A stretch of 64,000 nt of DNA. Source: Chrysomallon squamiferum (taxonomy: Eukaryota > Animalia > Mollusca). Below, piece after piece: positions 14,594-29,874 of the stretch. Position 1 is the stretch's first letter. Every line of letters starts with the position of its first letter. The stretch covers positions 22,320,001 through 22,384,000 of the forward strand of contig CM022671.1 of NCBI GenBank assembly GCA_012295275.1, in the 5' to 3' direction. The position numbers were made by a program, and so were the translations under genes. Under the pieces are notes generated by a model that worked only from the letters and a program-made list of their open reading frames with translations, searched no databases and was not told where the DNA came from.

Positions 14594-15475
14594 TCACACA
14601 AAAACTAAAACAGCCATGCACACGGCAGCATACACTAAAAAAAAAAACACTCACAAAGTGTTTATATATTTTTTTTTCAAAAACACTAAACTCGCACAAA
14701 AATTCACAATAATTACAACGGTCGTCTCCAAGTTAACTTCTCCAAACTGTCAATGTGCATCGGAACCCCGATAGATCACGAAGAAGGCAAAAAAAAAAAA
14801 AATTCTAATAAAAAAAAGAAAAGGAGTAAAACCCAGCCCAGCCTTGCCGAGCTCGGTGCGCCATGTGACTCGCTGTCGCCAGTGCAGACATTTTCCGCCG
14901 GCAGCTAACGGCTCCGTTCGCTTAATGCGGTTTTATTTGCATTGCTGAGAAGTCTGCAGTATAGTACTACTTATTGCTGTTGACATGCGCGCCGCAGATG
15001 TCGTGCGAACGCGTGTGTCTCGCTCTATATACATTACCCGCTCGTAGTTCCAAGTGATTCTTCCAGTTCGTTATCTTTTTTTTTTTTTTTTTTTACTTTC
15101 TTTTGATGGGGAGGTGGTCTGGCTTTAGAGAATCAAAAAAAAAAAAAAAAAAAAAAAAATGAAAAAAAAAAAAAAAAAAAAAAAATGGCGTATAGCGAGC
15201 TAGCGCGAAAGCCGACAGTACTAAAAACAGGAAATGCGTTTAAATCACAAGTTTGGCCGATTAATGTCTTTGAAGTTTTGTCAGGAAGTTTTTAGAAACT
15301 CAGACGAAATATATTATTCCGAAAAAAAATAAAAAATAAAAAATGGACTGTGGAGATAATGTATTTCTCTTGCTGAATGGCGTTGAGGAGTAAATGGGAA
15401 AAGGGTGAAATGATGAATAAAATAAAATGATATAATGGATGGACGATCGTGCTGTGGTGAATTGAAAGTTAAGTT

Positions 15476-15479
<4 letters not shown>

Positions 15480-15553
<74 letters not shown>
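15480..15553. repeat. (CT)n microsatellite
   Basis: Direct reading. Confidence 0.95.
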
Positions 15554-15557
<4 letters not shown>

Positions 15558-15678
15558 GAATTTGTCTGGGAGATAAAGAACTTTTTTATTTTGAAATTGA
15601 TCTGTCAGTTTTAGTTTAACTAAAATAATTTTTAAAAGTATACAACGTTTAATAAAAGATATCGAGGAAAAAGTTAAA

Positions 15679-15720
<42 letters not shown>

Positions 15721-15805
15721 GATAAACAACTCCAATAACAGTAGCAAAATAATAAGTTCGATCGAACAAAAAATAAATAAAAAAATAAATAAATATAAAA
15801 TTTAA

Positions 15806-15840
<35 letters not shown>

Positions 15841-15900
15841 TAATAAATAAATAAAAAATAAAAAAAAAAAAAAACAAAAAAAAAATAAATAATAATAAAA

Positions 15901-15936
<36 letters not shown>

Positions 15937-15945
15937 AAAAAACAG

Positions 15946-15976
<31 letters not shown>

Positions 15977-16652
15977 AATAAATAAAATAAATAAATAAAT
16001 AAATAAGGCAGTGTAAGACATGAAAATATCTCGTATTATTCCAGCGGTTATTTATTTTAAATGATCTTACTCAGCCAGCGTCTCTTTCGTAGCATTTCGT
16101 TTTTCTGTCCAGTGGAAAATCCACTCATTTGTTTATGCGTTTCTTTCGCCCGATGTCTCTTAATTAGTGTTTAATCTACTCTTTTTTCCCAATCATTAAG
16201 GCAGTCCCGATGTGTATTAGTGTTGTCTGCCTGCCAGCATTTCCGCGAGTCCAAAGTGATGTCCGGGCACCGACGTGGCTAAATCAAGAATGAAAATAGC
16301 ACGTGCCATGATTCATTTCCGGCACTTGGTCAGGCAAACGATACAACAATAATATTCTTGCGCGCAAAATAAATATTTCCTAACTCTTTCATGTCTAAAA
16401 AGAAAAACTAAATATCTTCCATGTCTATTTTTTTTTTCTTTTTTCTTAATTCACTTGTCTTTTCTTTATCTTCTTTAAATTTTTGTTTTTGTTTTTGTTT
16501 TGTTTATCTCCTTTGTTTATTTTGTTATCGCTTGTTTGTTTATTTTATTATTTTTTTTTAACTTGTTTTATTTTGATTACATTTTTCTAAGTTTATTTGA
16601 TTTTTTAAAAATTAGGTCCTCTTCCGTGAATATCGTAAATATTCAAAATAAT

Positions 16653-16717
<65 letters not shown>

Positions 16718-16999
16718 AAACAATAATAATAATAATAGTAATAATAATACCATTTGCGTCGCCTTTCGTATTAAATTATTACTTAAATTTTGGCCCAGAT
16801 GGGACGCCATAGCTTTGTGACGGCATTTGTTTGGCCGGCGGAACTTTGGGTATCCTAAATAGTTTAGGAAATGGAAGTATAATTTTATAAAAATACCATT
16901 ACTTCGCCCCGACATGTCCTCGTTTTAGCTTTACTTTGGATTTGACATGTTGATTTCACTGGCTTGTCAGCATTTCATCCACCGGACATCCACCAATTG

Positions 17000-17013
17000 C
17001 CGCTAGAGGGCAG
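17000..17013 (+). promoter_or_regulatory. CTCF-like core motif CCGCTAGAGGGCAG
   Basis: Matches the CCRCYAGRKGGCRS core consensus at every position; lies in a CpG-rich island next to an ETS-like CGGAAGTG. Confidence 0.55.
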
Positions 17014-17262
17014 GTTTAGCAACAGAACGGAAGTGACATGTCGGGAGTTGAAAAACGAAATGCGACTGTGATTGAACGAGTAGAAGGATTTTTACAGAAA
17101 CAGACGGTATCAGTATGGAAATGGATTTGTAATGGAATACGAAAAGTTTTATGTCTTTGAATGTTTGTCCAGTTTGGTGTGTGATGCATACCTAAGTGTC
17201 AGTTTATGTGTGAGTGTGCATAAAAAAAGATTAAAATAAAAAATTAAAAAAAATAATAATAA

Positions 17263-17301
<39 letters not shown>

Positions 17302-17499
17302 AATACTACTACTACTACTATTACTACTACTACTAATAATAATAATAAAATAAAATAAAATAAAATAAAATAAAATAAAATACAAAAATAAAAAACCCAG
17401 ACAAAACTAAAATGCTACTAAAATACTTTCACAAGACTGTGCATTGCAGTTTTAATTTAGATAAGCCCACACACACTCATACACCAATACGCCGACACT

Positions 17500-17542
<43 letters not shown>

Positions 17543-19057
17543 AGACACACAAATCACATGTAAACCGGTAGCTGAGTGCGGGTCGTATTTTGTAAAGAAC
17601 GTGAGATTCTTATTTTCATCATTTTATTCGGGAATCAGATATTACAGATATTTTTAGTGTGAACATAAAGAGCCAGAACCTTTAAATCAGAAGCCTACTA
17701 ACATATTTCAAAGAAAAGTATTTTCTCTCTTGGTCACGCAGTACATAAAAAATCACGACCAATGACCAGGTGAAAGGTGACTTATTCATAAGAAACGTGT
17801 ATTTTCAGTGTTACGAAAAAAAAAAAATAATGAAAGGCTACACACTTCTGCACAGGAGACAATGGTTCAGACTTTTGGGGATCGATCGAACAACGTTTCG
17901 CACTTCCGGCAGATGCTGAGTTAAACGACTTCGGAGTTGCAATGGTGACTTTCCCCATAGTTTTTGGCAACAGTAAAATGTTGATGTGGTTGCGTGACTG
18001 GAAATTGGATGCTGGATTGATCAGGCACGGTTCCCACTGGCCGAACAGCGCCGTAATGTGTGTCTTTATCCACTTAGCGCGAGCGCAGTGTCGCGCGACC
18101 CAGCTATGCGGGTGCGATCTCGTGCGCAGGCGACACCTATCGGGAATGTTTGTTTTCCACCGACGGCGGATGTTAAAAGCTGTCATTGGATGATGGATAC
18201 CGTATTATTTCATTATTTTAGTAAGCAAACTCGTCATCACGACGACGACGACCACTATTATCGAGTTCATCAGATCGGTCGTTAAACGCTCCGGTGTGGA
18301 GGAAATTTATCACGGACAGTGCTGCGTTAACGGGCAGACGGCCATATTGGCGAGTTTTGTGGGAGGGGTTGGTTGAAGAATTTCGACTCTTCGTTTTTGG
18401 TGCGCTCGAAGCCGCAAGAATAGCGTTTTGATGACGCAAAACAACGTGGAGTTATCATCCTGAAGGGGCCAAGAATGACAAGTTTTCATAGAGAGCGATC
18501 TAAGGAAATATCGATTAAACAAAACCGAACACGCGATTTACCAGCGCCGTGGCATGACGAACCAGAACGAACCATTCGATAAATGAAGCTAAATTGTTTG
18601 AAATTACATCTTTTAACTAACCACTGCTATTGTTCCGCATCAGATGGAGAAAATAACTCGCCGTTTCAGCCAATAGTTGTCATGACAATCAATAAAGAAA
18701 AACCTAATTTAAATACGGAGGCATCATTACTAAGTATTGACGTGTGCCGTATATAAAAAAAACACACACACAAAAAAAAACAAGCTCGTTGATACTTCAG
18801 TTGTAACGCAAAAGTTAGCAGATTCATTAACGACTGTTTGTAAACGTTTTTTTTTATTTGTTGTTGTTTTTGTTTTTTCTTTCGTTTGTTTATTCTGTGT
18901 TATAACATTGTTTTAAATAAACCGAATAACTGAATATCTAAATAAAATCTTTAATTTTTAATTCAAGCAATATCATTTTTTATCAGATTTGGAAGATGAA
19001 GACAAAGAGAAAACGAGTGACAGAAAGACTGAGACAGGGAGGGGGAGGGAAGGAGGG

Positions 19058-19088
<31 letters not shown>

Positions 19089-20577
19089 ACACACACACAC
19101 ACAGACACACACAAGAGACACAGTACGGATAAACAGAATTGTTTTAGATATAGGAATGATAAAGAAAAAAAAAAGAAACGCAATGAAAAAATCGAAGAAA
19201 GGTATACGTATAGAGATAGTTAGGAAGGGTTATTAAAATATATTTGAATTACAAATTATACTACAGTGACGCATTTGTTTTTTGTTGTTCAGTTTTTGTC
19301 ACAATTAATAGAATACATTAATATCTGAAGTGAATAAAAGCTACTTGAATGTCGTTTAATATATTAAACAATAGCTTTTCATTAAATATACAATTCATCT
19401 TACAAAAGATAGAAAGAATCGGGCTTTTGTTTTTAAATAAGATAAACCAAAAATCAAAACTTGTGAAATGTCATCATAAATTTCTGTTTCAATAAGAATC
19501 GATTTATAAGAAAGGATAATTAAACATTAATGGACATAAACTGCATGCGCCTTTTTCGGTATATATGTTTGGTGAGTTTATGTATTTTGGCTGTTTCTGT
19601 ATGTTTAACATTATAGATGTATATATGTGTGTAATATGTTTACAATATATATATATATATATATGCATGAAATATGTAAATTCATGAAAAGTCTTTAAAT
19701 AATGTTTATGCACATATCTATGTATATAAATCTTTCATAAGAGAATTTCATAGTAATATATTACGTATCACGAATGGAAAATTTCCGTGTCTAATATCCA
19801 CTAACATCAGTTGTAATTAAAACACAATTATTCCTCAACTCTTTCTGTCGCACATTCATGTCTGGCGACTTTAAATCAAGCCCGTATTCCTCTTTACGTC
19901 TCGGCTTTTTCCGTAAAAGATTTCTTTTTTTAAATTTTTTTTAGTTTTTTTTTAAAAAAAACGATAATGGCCGAAGTATCGTGGCATTCGTGACGGTCCG
20001 TGAAAGATGGCGTCATAATCTGTGTGATTTACGTCGGCGAGCCGGTAGTTTAAGATTGAATTTCAATTAGCGATTGTTTTTAATGTGCAGCAGGTAACGG
20101 CTTACCTTTAATTACTCCATCACGCCGACGACGACGACAAAACGGGTAGCTTCTCTGTTGAAGAGATTAAAAGAAAGAAAGAAAGAAGTAAAAAAACAAC
20201 AACAAAAAAACCCGTTTTTTTTTTTGGTGTCGTAATTTAACTTTCGTCTTTTGTAGACGAACTTGAACAAGATTCTCGTCGTCACGATTAAAAACTGAGT
20301 TCCAATTTCTTCCGAGCCTGCATGACCAAAATGTCAGACTTGTTATTCTTTATTATCTTCTTTTATCTCTGCCAGTGCGTCTACATGTATGTTTAATACA
20401 CAGATATATGTACGCATGTATCTTTTTATCTATGTTTACACACAGACATAGGGAAAATCTATATATGTCTGTTAAATTATTATTAATTTTATGAGGTGTT
20501 TTTTTTTTTTTTTGTGTGTGTGTATGATACCGTATAATTATATTCATGTATATAATTTGTATTTATCATACTCTCTC

Positions 20578-20668
<91 letters not shown>

Positions 20669-21140
20669 CGCTCACACATCCACACACACACAAAAACACA
20701 GAGAACAAACACAACACATACACTTATCAAAAACAACAACAAAAAATAATAGAAATAAAACAAGAAGAAAAGCAAAACGATACATAACGTTATTATCTCA
20801 AACGATTTGAGACGTGACAATACTGTTTCTGACTTCCCAAGCAAAAGAGGAAGTGATATAACACCGAGCGTGCCGTGTCGCAGTATGGTGGTCTGATCAG
20901 CCCAGTGCAAACGATAACTTGGCGACATTTTGGTGCCACGGAGGAATGCCGGGAACAAATGTTACGTCTTAAATTCAAGCAATGTGTTTGGCGCAGCAGT
21001 CGATACATAAACCAGTGCAGTTCTGAGATGTTACATGAATCGCTGTAAGCATTGACAGTGCACGGGTTACCCAATGAAATTCTGGCATCGATAATGTTAC
21101 TTCTTTTTCTCTCTCTCTCTCTCTCGCCGTGTCACTGCTT

Positions 21141-21173
<33 letters not shown>

Positions 21174-23899
21174 TTAATAATTATTGTTATTATTATTATT
21201 AGTAGTAGTATTAGTATTAGTATTAGTTTTAGTAGTAGTAATAGAAGTAGTAATAGTAGTAGTAGTATTGTTGTTGTTGTTGTTGCTGCTGCTTCTTCTG
21301 CTGTTAAAATAATTAGCCCGTTTTGTTACACATAAACACACAAATATACTTCTATGTACGTACACACACATACAGACACGCATGCACATACACATACATA
21401 TAGATACACATACATACATACACATATATTTATATACATACATATTCTTGCGTGCGTGCGAGTATATACAGGTGTATATAGTTTAATACATCTTCAAACG
21501 TGATGTGTTGCTACTGTTTGATAAAATTCAAACATAAATTTAAACTTCTATTAATCAATAAACTATTACTAGCTGCATATCAAACACTACTGGGGTGGAT
21601 AAACATCTTCATTTAACTGTATGATAGAGGAAGTCAAATACAGGAGGAAAAAGACACAACATGCATCATTCCTACACGTTTCGCAGAAGACGATGATCTG
21701 GCTTAAGCATGTGCTAATTTATTACGTTTGTAAAATATAACCTTGTAATAACCGAACAAAAAAAAAATGTTAAAAAATGTTAAAAAAAAAAAAAAAAAAA
21801 AAATAAAAAAATAAAAAATAAAAGGGTGTGTAATACAGACAGTTTATTATAACATATCCTCGATAAACAGGTTTCCGTGTTGCCCTTAATATCGTGTTAG
21901 GTCATGTGCCAGGAGCGCTTCTCTTTACACGACACGTTGCGATCCCAGTCGGAGATAAACCGTGGCGTCGCCGACGTACCCGAGGCTGGAAATTGGGTGT
22001 CAAAACCTGGGTGGCATTTGTTTCAAATAGTAGACTCGTAATTGAAATCTGAAAGATCTAGGCGATGACGACTGATACGGGTAGCCCTGGAACCGGTGTA
22101 AATTACTCGATCACTTGTCGCTCTGTTATCAAATTATCGGTGTGAACGCTGGTGGGTTGATGCCTGCAACAGAATGACACAGGTGTTTTTTTTTCAGCTT
22201 GTTATTTTTTTTATTATATATATATATATATATATTTTTTTTTTTATTGAGAGGTGGAGAGTTCTAATACGTAATAATGGTGGTGTTAAAAGAAAGGAAA
22301 ACAATTGTGACACTTTTGCTTTAGAATTTTTACTCTTTATTTATTTGTTGTTGTTGTTTTTTTTTGTGGGTTTTTTGGCAAGCAAGATTAGAGGTGGATT
22401 GTTACTAATGGAAAGACAATATTGTTAATGTTATGTAAATATCAGTGTATTTGTACGTAAAAGAAAACATACAGGAATGGGTTGTAAGTAAAAGGTTTTT
22501 GTTTGCATCATTACGTAAAAGTGTTGTATTTATGTGTATATGCATGCGTGTGTATGTGTTTATGTGTGTGTGTGTGTGTGTCTGTATGTATGTATGTATG
22601 TATGTGGGTGTGTGGGTGTGTGTGTGTATGTATGTATATATGTATGTACTTATGTATGAATGAACCAATGAATGTTTGTATGCATATATGTGTGTATGTA
22701 TTTATGTGTAAATGGATGTATGTATGTGTAAAAGTATTTATGTATGTATGTTTGTGTATATGTATGTATGTATATATGTATATATATGTATGTATGTATG
22801 CATGTATTTATGTATGTATGTGTATATGCATGTACTTATGTATCTATGTATGTATCTATGTAGGTGTGTATCTGGACGTTAATCTAGACTAATTATATAT
22901 ATATCGACAGGTATCTTTGAAACGACATATCTTTGTGTGGGTGGGTGTAAGGTTATGAATACTGCTTTATTCTACTGATACGATTATATCGTAATAATTA
23001 AATATAGCAAAGGAAGATAAAAATCACAAAACAATGGAAGTGTCTGTTATAAGAGATAAAAAAAAAAAACTTGTACTTTATGTTGTTCACACTGCATATC
23101 GTTAATTCTGTTTATGTCTTAATCAGTGCAAGATATTGTCTTATCTACTGTCAATAAACTTGTTAACTTAAACTCACAGTAACTTGTTTGTAGACCACGC
23201 ATTATCGGTGTCCCAGGTTAAACTAATATCATAGGAGCCAAAATTATTTATTCCCTGAGACGTAATAAAAAAAAAAAAAAAAAAAAAAAAATAATAATAA
23301 TATTAAAAGTAAAATTAAAAAATCCAAAGAAGAAAGAAGTGAAAAAAAAAAAAAAAAAAAAAAACAACAAAAAACCTTAGACATGGTTCATACTTTTTTT
23401 CGCACATCGTCAGCCTTAGCACAATATCGCAACATGCGCGCACGAGGGTGATCCGTGTGATGTCATTTCCGTCTCATTAGTTCTACACCCTATTCCACGT
23501 GCTCAGCACCTCTCGCGCGAGATCTTATCGCGTGCGCGAGAATTGCGCCACGCCGGGCCCGTCAGTTCGGATAACGTGTAACAAGTCGCGTGAAGACTCT
23601 TTGCTGCCTTTAACGATAGGAGAGGGCACCCGAGGGCAGATGTGTAGCTCTGCGGCTCGTTACGCTAATCAGTCGTGATTGGACGAAGTTTCTTGGCGTC
23701 TTTTCTCACAATTATAAATCAGATTGATATATTTTTGTACGTCTGTCGAATTAACGGCTCGGCTGGCGAGCTCGCTTCGTATTTTTTTTTTTTTTTTTTT
23801 TTTTCTTGAGTTGAGGTCTGAATACCGCGAAGACAACGCACGGTAGCGAAACAGTGCAAGACAAAAACAAAACAAAACAACAACAAACGAAATAAAGTA

Positions 23900-23964
<65 letters not shown>
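23900..23964. repeat. (TATC)n microsatellite
   Basis: Direct reading. Confidence 0.95.
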
Positions 23965-23965
<1 letters not shown>

Positions 23966-24079
23966 TTGTGTATATTTATTTTTTTTTATTTTTTTTTTTT
24001 TTCAAAAGTTAAAAAGCACAGTGGTTTGGTCTGAAGTTATCAAGTTGTAACGTTCTTGTTAATTTGATTTCGTTTTCTT

Positions 24080-24114
<35 letters not shown>

Positions 24115-26218
24115 TTCTCCTTGAAATTATTTTAAGTTTTTATTTTAATCTTTCTTTCTTCAAATAACCGATATATTCTTTTTGTCTGGGATGTAGTTAA
24201 ACAATTCATTCGTCCATTTCTTTTATTATTTTTTGTTTTGTTTACTGTAGTCGTTCAATTGTGCATGATTTTTTTTTTTCCAGTTTAGTATATCATAAAA
24301 TATCTTACGTTCACCTCGTTTGTAATAATTCTTGCTACAGCCAAAACACTCGTAACCTTTCAGTCGTAAATACTTGAGAATTGATAGCTTGTTAGAACAA
24401 TTAAAATAATTGTTTCATCCTTGATTCAACCTTAATTTATTTTATAATTTTCATAGAAAATGTGTGTGTGTGTGTGCATATATGTGTGTTTGTTTATGTG
24501 TGCGCATATACATATATATATATATATATATAATTATTGTTGTATTTATCTGCTTATGTGTGTGTATGTGTGTGTGTATGTGTGTCATGTGTGTTTATGT
24601 GAATATAGTATATACAGGTGTGTATAAGTGTAGGAATATCTGAAAGAAAACACGGTCTTTTAGAATTAATTATTCTTATCAGTGAGAATATGTTTACCTC
24701 TTCACGGTGACATTTTAACATGCAGTGATGCTATTTTTTTGGGTGTTTGGCATCTCATCTCGGTGAGTTAATTTTCTCTGTTACCAAAGTATATCCGAAG
24801 CTTTAAACTTCAGTTTCTGGTCATGTTTGCTTGTTACTGTTACGATTTATTTTATTCCTAGAATGTAAGTAAAGATAATTTTACTGAGCAGGGTTTCTGA
24901 TATGAAATTGAGTGGGACGTACGGTTTGCGTCTAAAATATGCTTTGTGTGTGCATATGTACACAAACTGGAAACAATTTACAAAAAATAAAAAATAAAAA
25001 ATAAATAAATAAATAAATCTCACACATACACAAAAGAAAAATAGAAATATATATATAAGACATTAAAAAATAATAATAATAAATAAATAATAACAATAAT
25101 AAAAAATAAATAATAAAAAATAAAAAAAAATAAAAATAAATAAATAAATAAAAATGTAAACAAACAGACAAAAAATAAATAAATAAATAAAAAGCAAAAA
25201 ACAACAATAACTTTTGTATTATTTATAAAACTGTGTTCCGAAATGAATCTGGAATTTTAACACTAAACAAAAATTCTGATAGATCAGCGCTTCTTAAACT
25301 ATTTCAGTGTCGTGCACCCAATTCAATTTCTGTATATTTCTGGTGTTTCATTTAGCTAATTCCCTTAATTCATTTACCAATGAGTGGATTGCGTAAAGAA
25401 TCACTGCGACAGAATGAGTATCTGTTATTAAACAAAAACATTTTATCAATGGGCGCCATCGATATAAACAATTATGTTTCTGAACGTCGATTTATAACAA
25501 ATGTGATATTATACCTAACGTATAATAAAATTAATAATAATAATAAAATCAAGGTTGACGACGACGACAACAACGACAGCAACAACAACAACAACAACAA
25601 CAACAATAATAATAACAACAAGGATGACTACGACAACAACAACAACAATAGCAACAACAACATAATAATAATAACAATAAAATCAAGGTTGACGACAACA
25701 ACAACGACAGCAACAACAACAACAACAACAACAATAACAATAATAAAAACAATAATAATAATAATAATGGTAATGATGATGATGATGATGATGATGGTAA
25801 CAAAAAAAACATAAAAGAAAAAGGTGTGACATTTGGCGCACAACGGGCGACAACCATTGGTCGGGTAAAGCGTCTCTGATGTTCTTCGTCATGTCGACTA
25901 ATTGCTGTTACTTATCACGTTCAGCGGGCGCTGTATCCTGACAAAAGTCTCCCGGTGTCAACACAATATTACACAGCTTCAAAGCAACCCCGGGTTCAGC
26001 AGGCGTGTGTTATTAAGCTGCAAAAAGTCTCCAGCCGATGCTATCTGGCTCGCTAATGATAATTTCATGGATTACATGGAGCCTGGTGTCCCGTAGATAA
26101 AAGCTGGAAACAAGGGCAATGTGTGAAGAGCGAGATAAGAGGAGATAACCGGGTTATAATTATGATCTATTTAAAAAAAAAAAAAAAAAAAAAATGGACT
26201 GTATCAAGACAAAGTGAT

Positions 26219-26263
<45 letters not shown>

Positions 26264-26514
26264 CATGATGTTGTCGCATGATGTCAGATAATTGAGACCA
26301 TGGCAGCCGTACTTAGACATAGGCGTATTTGAAAAAGTATTAGCATAAAGGTGTATGTTGAGGTTTTCGTTAAATAGATATTACTTGAATTAAATTATAT
26401 TTGTCTCGGTAAAACATTTGGTTGAACTCGTACGAATAAGAGGTGGTAGGCCTGCTCGGATATTTTTCTGAAGATTGTGCTTTATAATAATAATAATAAT
26501 AATAATAATAATTA

Positions 26515-26589
<75 letters not shown>

Positions 26590-26685
26590 TGAGAAATATC
26601 TTTTGTTTATTTTTGGTTGCTTCGATGTACTTAAAAAGAATTAAAAAAAGCAAAAAAAAGAATTTCTCGTTATCGTTAAAAATCA

Positions 26686-26710
26686 GCGAGAATCGAACTC
26701 GTTACCTACA
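26686..26710 (-). mobile_element. Possible tRNA-derived SINE remnant (T-arm/B-box only)
   Basis: Minus strand reads GGTAACGAG-TTCGATT-CTCG, a T-loop hairpin; no convincing A box or cloverleaf. Confidence 0.2.
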
Positions 26711-27811
26711 ACACGGCAACGGTGCACGACACAATGAATGTTAAATTCGGAGAACCAGGTTAACACTCTCTGAACGTCTCTTCAAACTAACAAACTTATC
26801 AATCTATGCTTATTAATCTGTTATAAATACGTTCCCTTCCTGACGGCTCGTAATCGAGTGTTAGCAGACGTGGAGAGTGTCAATAACGGGGAAAAAGTGT
26901 ACACACAGACAGACAGACTGACAGACAGGAAAACGCGCCCGCCATCTACTTTTACTTACGGCGAGTCAATAAATCAGAAAACGTATGATTTTATACGCTG
27001 TGTTAATCCACGCTAATCCGTGTTGCCGACGTCGCAATCCCGATGGTGCCAGCAACACGCAGCCCAGGGCTGGCAAGTCGCAAAATTGTCGTTAATCGTA
27101 TTTAATGACTGACATTATATGAAAATATACACATATAAATGTATGTATCTCTCTAAATGACTGTGTGTACGTTTTGGTGGTGAATATGTGTGTATGCGTT
27201 TTATTATCACAACGAAACAACGTTTACTGCTAGTGTTATTGTTACTGTTACTGTTACTGTTACTGTTACTGTTACTGTTACTGCTACTGCTACTGCTACT
27301 GTTCTGTTAATGTTCTACTACTGCTACTACTGCTACTAGTGCTACTACTGCTACTACCTCTACTACTACTACTACTACTACTACTATTACTACTGTTACT
27401 GTTATTATTACTACTGCTGCTACTGCTACTACTACTACTGCTACCACTACTATATTACTACTACTGCTACAACTACTGCTACAACTACTACAGCTTTTTT
27501 ATTGCTACTACTACTGCTAACGTTTTACTTTTTTTCCAAATCTACTATCTCTCTCTCTCTCTCTCTCTCTCTCTTTAAACGTTTTCTCTCTCTCTCTCTT
27601 TCTTTGACATTTGTTCTCTCTCTCTCTCTCTTTCTCTGTCTCTCTCTCTGTATTCGTATGTATATGTATCTCTCTCTCTCTCTGCATCCGCGTTTAATTT
27701 TTCTACATCGAAAATATGTTCCTTAATTATTAGCGAAAGCAATAACGACCATAACCAGCTTACAAATAGATTATTTACTCATTCATTCATTGAAATATAT
27801 TATTATTATTA

Positions 27812-27842
<31 letters not shown>

Positions 27843-29725
27843 CTAACATTTATTTATTTCAAATAATTAATTATTATTATTCGTATAATTAAAATTATTA
27901 ACATTTATTTATTTATTTCAAATATTTGGTATAATTAAAAACGTGGTCGAACAGACAAATTTAATCTATTTCCACTTTGAACTGATTTATCGCAAGTGAC
28001 AAGTTCTAATCACCTGTCCGAGGTGTTGTTTCGGGTTACCTGACAATCACGCGGTGGGAGTATTTACCTACATTACTTACGGATCGCTTCTGCGGCTCGA
28101 CGTTGGAAAATAATCGCCCGATTACACACGTTATCGGACGCGTAGCTACTTGCAAATTGTCGCGATTACGGAACAAAAAAACCATTGACACATGTTGAAA
28201 CAGTGATTATGGACAACTGCTTGTCAATTTCTGTTTTTTCACAAAGTACAGTTAGTCAGTGACAAAAGCGTTAATGGCGAGAAGATTTTCTTTATTGCGT
28301 TCTTTTGTCTTTTTTTTTCTTTCTTTGTTTTTTTTTTTCTCTCTCTTTTTCAACAAAGGGATAGAGACCGTTCTTTACATTGTTCGGTTTGTTTTCCTAG
28401 CGGGACGATTAATGAAGATGTCGTTTGTGTGACGTCATGACAACAGGTGGGCGTGGTTGAAACCAGCGAAAGGGGAGAGGTAACCTACAATTTTAACTCC
28501 TCTTTTGGACTCTAGGGTGATTTGCTCATTTCACGGACGAACGAAAACGTGTGAAAACTTGAACATTTTAAACAAAGATGAACTGATTTTATGTATCTGT
28601 GTATGTATGTATGTATGTATGTATGTATGTATGTATGTATGTATGTATGTATGTATGTATGTATCTAACTATCTGTCTATCTATATATTAAATTCTGAAA
28701 CCTTTATTCTATTACAATTTATGCTGTTTTAAGATGAATATTTAGAATACATTAGAATAAAAATAAACTTATCTACAACGATTTCAAATCGTTCATACAA
28801 CACACAACACACGCATGCGCGCGCATAAGCATATACATTTGAATATATGCAGAAATACATATCATATACATACAAACACATCCATCAAAATACACATTTT
28901 ACATATGCACAAAAATAAAATAAAATTATATGAAACAGCAGGCAAAACTATGGAAATTACAAAAATGGAGTTAAGCAACATACTTTCTTTAAAAAAAAAA
29001 AAAAAAAATGATTGCCTAACTAGAACCGCAATCTTATATCACGACCACGACAACCACGTCGCAGATCGTGTCGGTCGTCGACTCCAGCATCCTGGCGGCT
29101 GATGTATAAGTAAGTAAGGCTAGGAATGCTGGACAAACATTCACAACAATTCCTCGAAGAATATTTCTCTGCATCCGCGCTCAAAAATGCTGCGGTGTCG
29201 ACGTCCAATTTAGTGAAATAACTATTGAGTCACACCGCGCCGAATCTCACGTGCACGTAGCTTGCACGCGCTTTGATGACGTCACCGGCCGTAACCTGCG
29301 GGTGACGCAATATCTCATCTGGGCTCGCGGGTGTTTACGAGACTTCTGTGGGACGGACATCACTGGCGAAGTGCACCAAACAAGCCGAGCGGAGCCGAGT
29401 TTCGTCTCGCAGATTTATCAAGTTTTGCGAAAGACTCGCAAGTTTGTGTTTGGAATCATAAAGAGATAACGCGCTGACACGGGCGATTTAAGACGGCTTA
29501 ACACCAATTAACATGAAGACGTTTACAACTGCGTTAAACAAATGGCAGCCTCGGATGAAAGGCTGCGGACGTGTACACAGCGAGAGATGAGACGATCTGA
29601 TTGTTCTGTAATCTTTAAATTGTCAAGAGTCGTAGACGGGTGATATACCGAGCTTCGAAAGCGACAGGGTGATCATCATATATATGTATGTGTATGTGTT
29701 GTGATGTGCGACAGGGTGATCATCA

Positions 29726-29729
29726 TGTA

Positions 29730-29800
<71 letters not shown>

Positions 29801-29811
29801 ATATGTATATG

Positions 29812-29874
<63 letters not shown>

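Noticed and set aside
25285-25320. hAT/Charlie-like terminus CAGCGCTTCTTAAACT
   Set aside because: No matching opposite TIR or 8-bp target-site duplication found.
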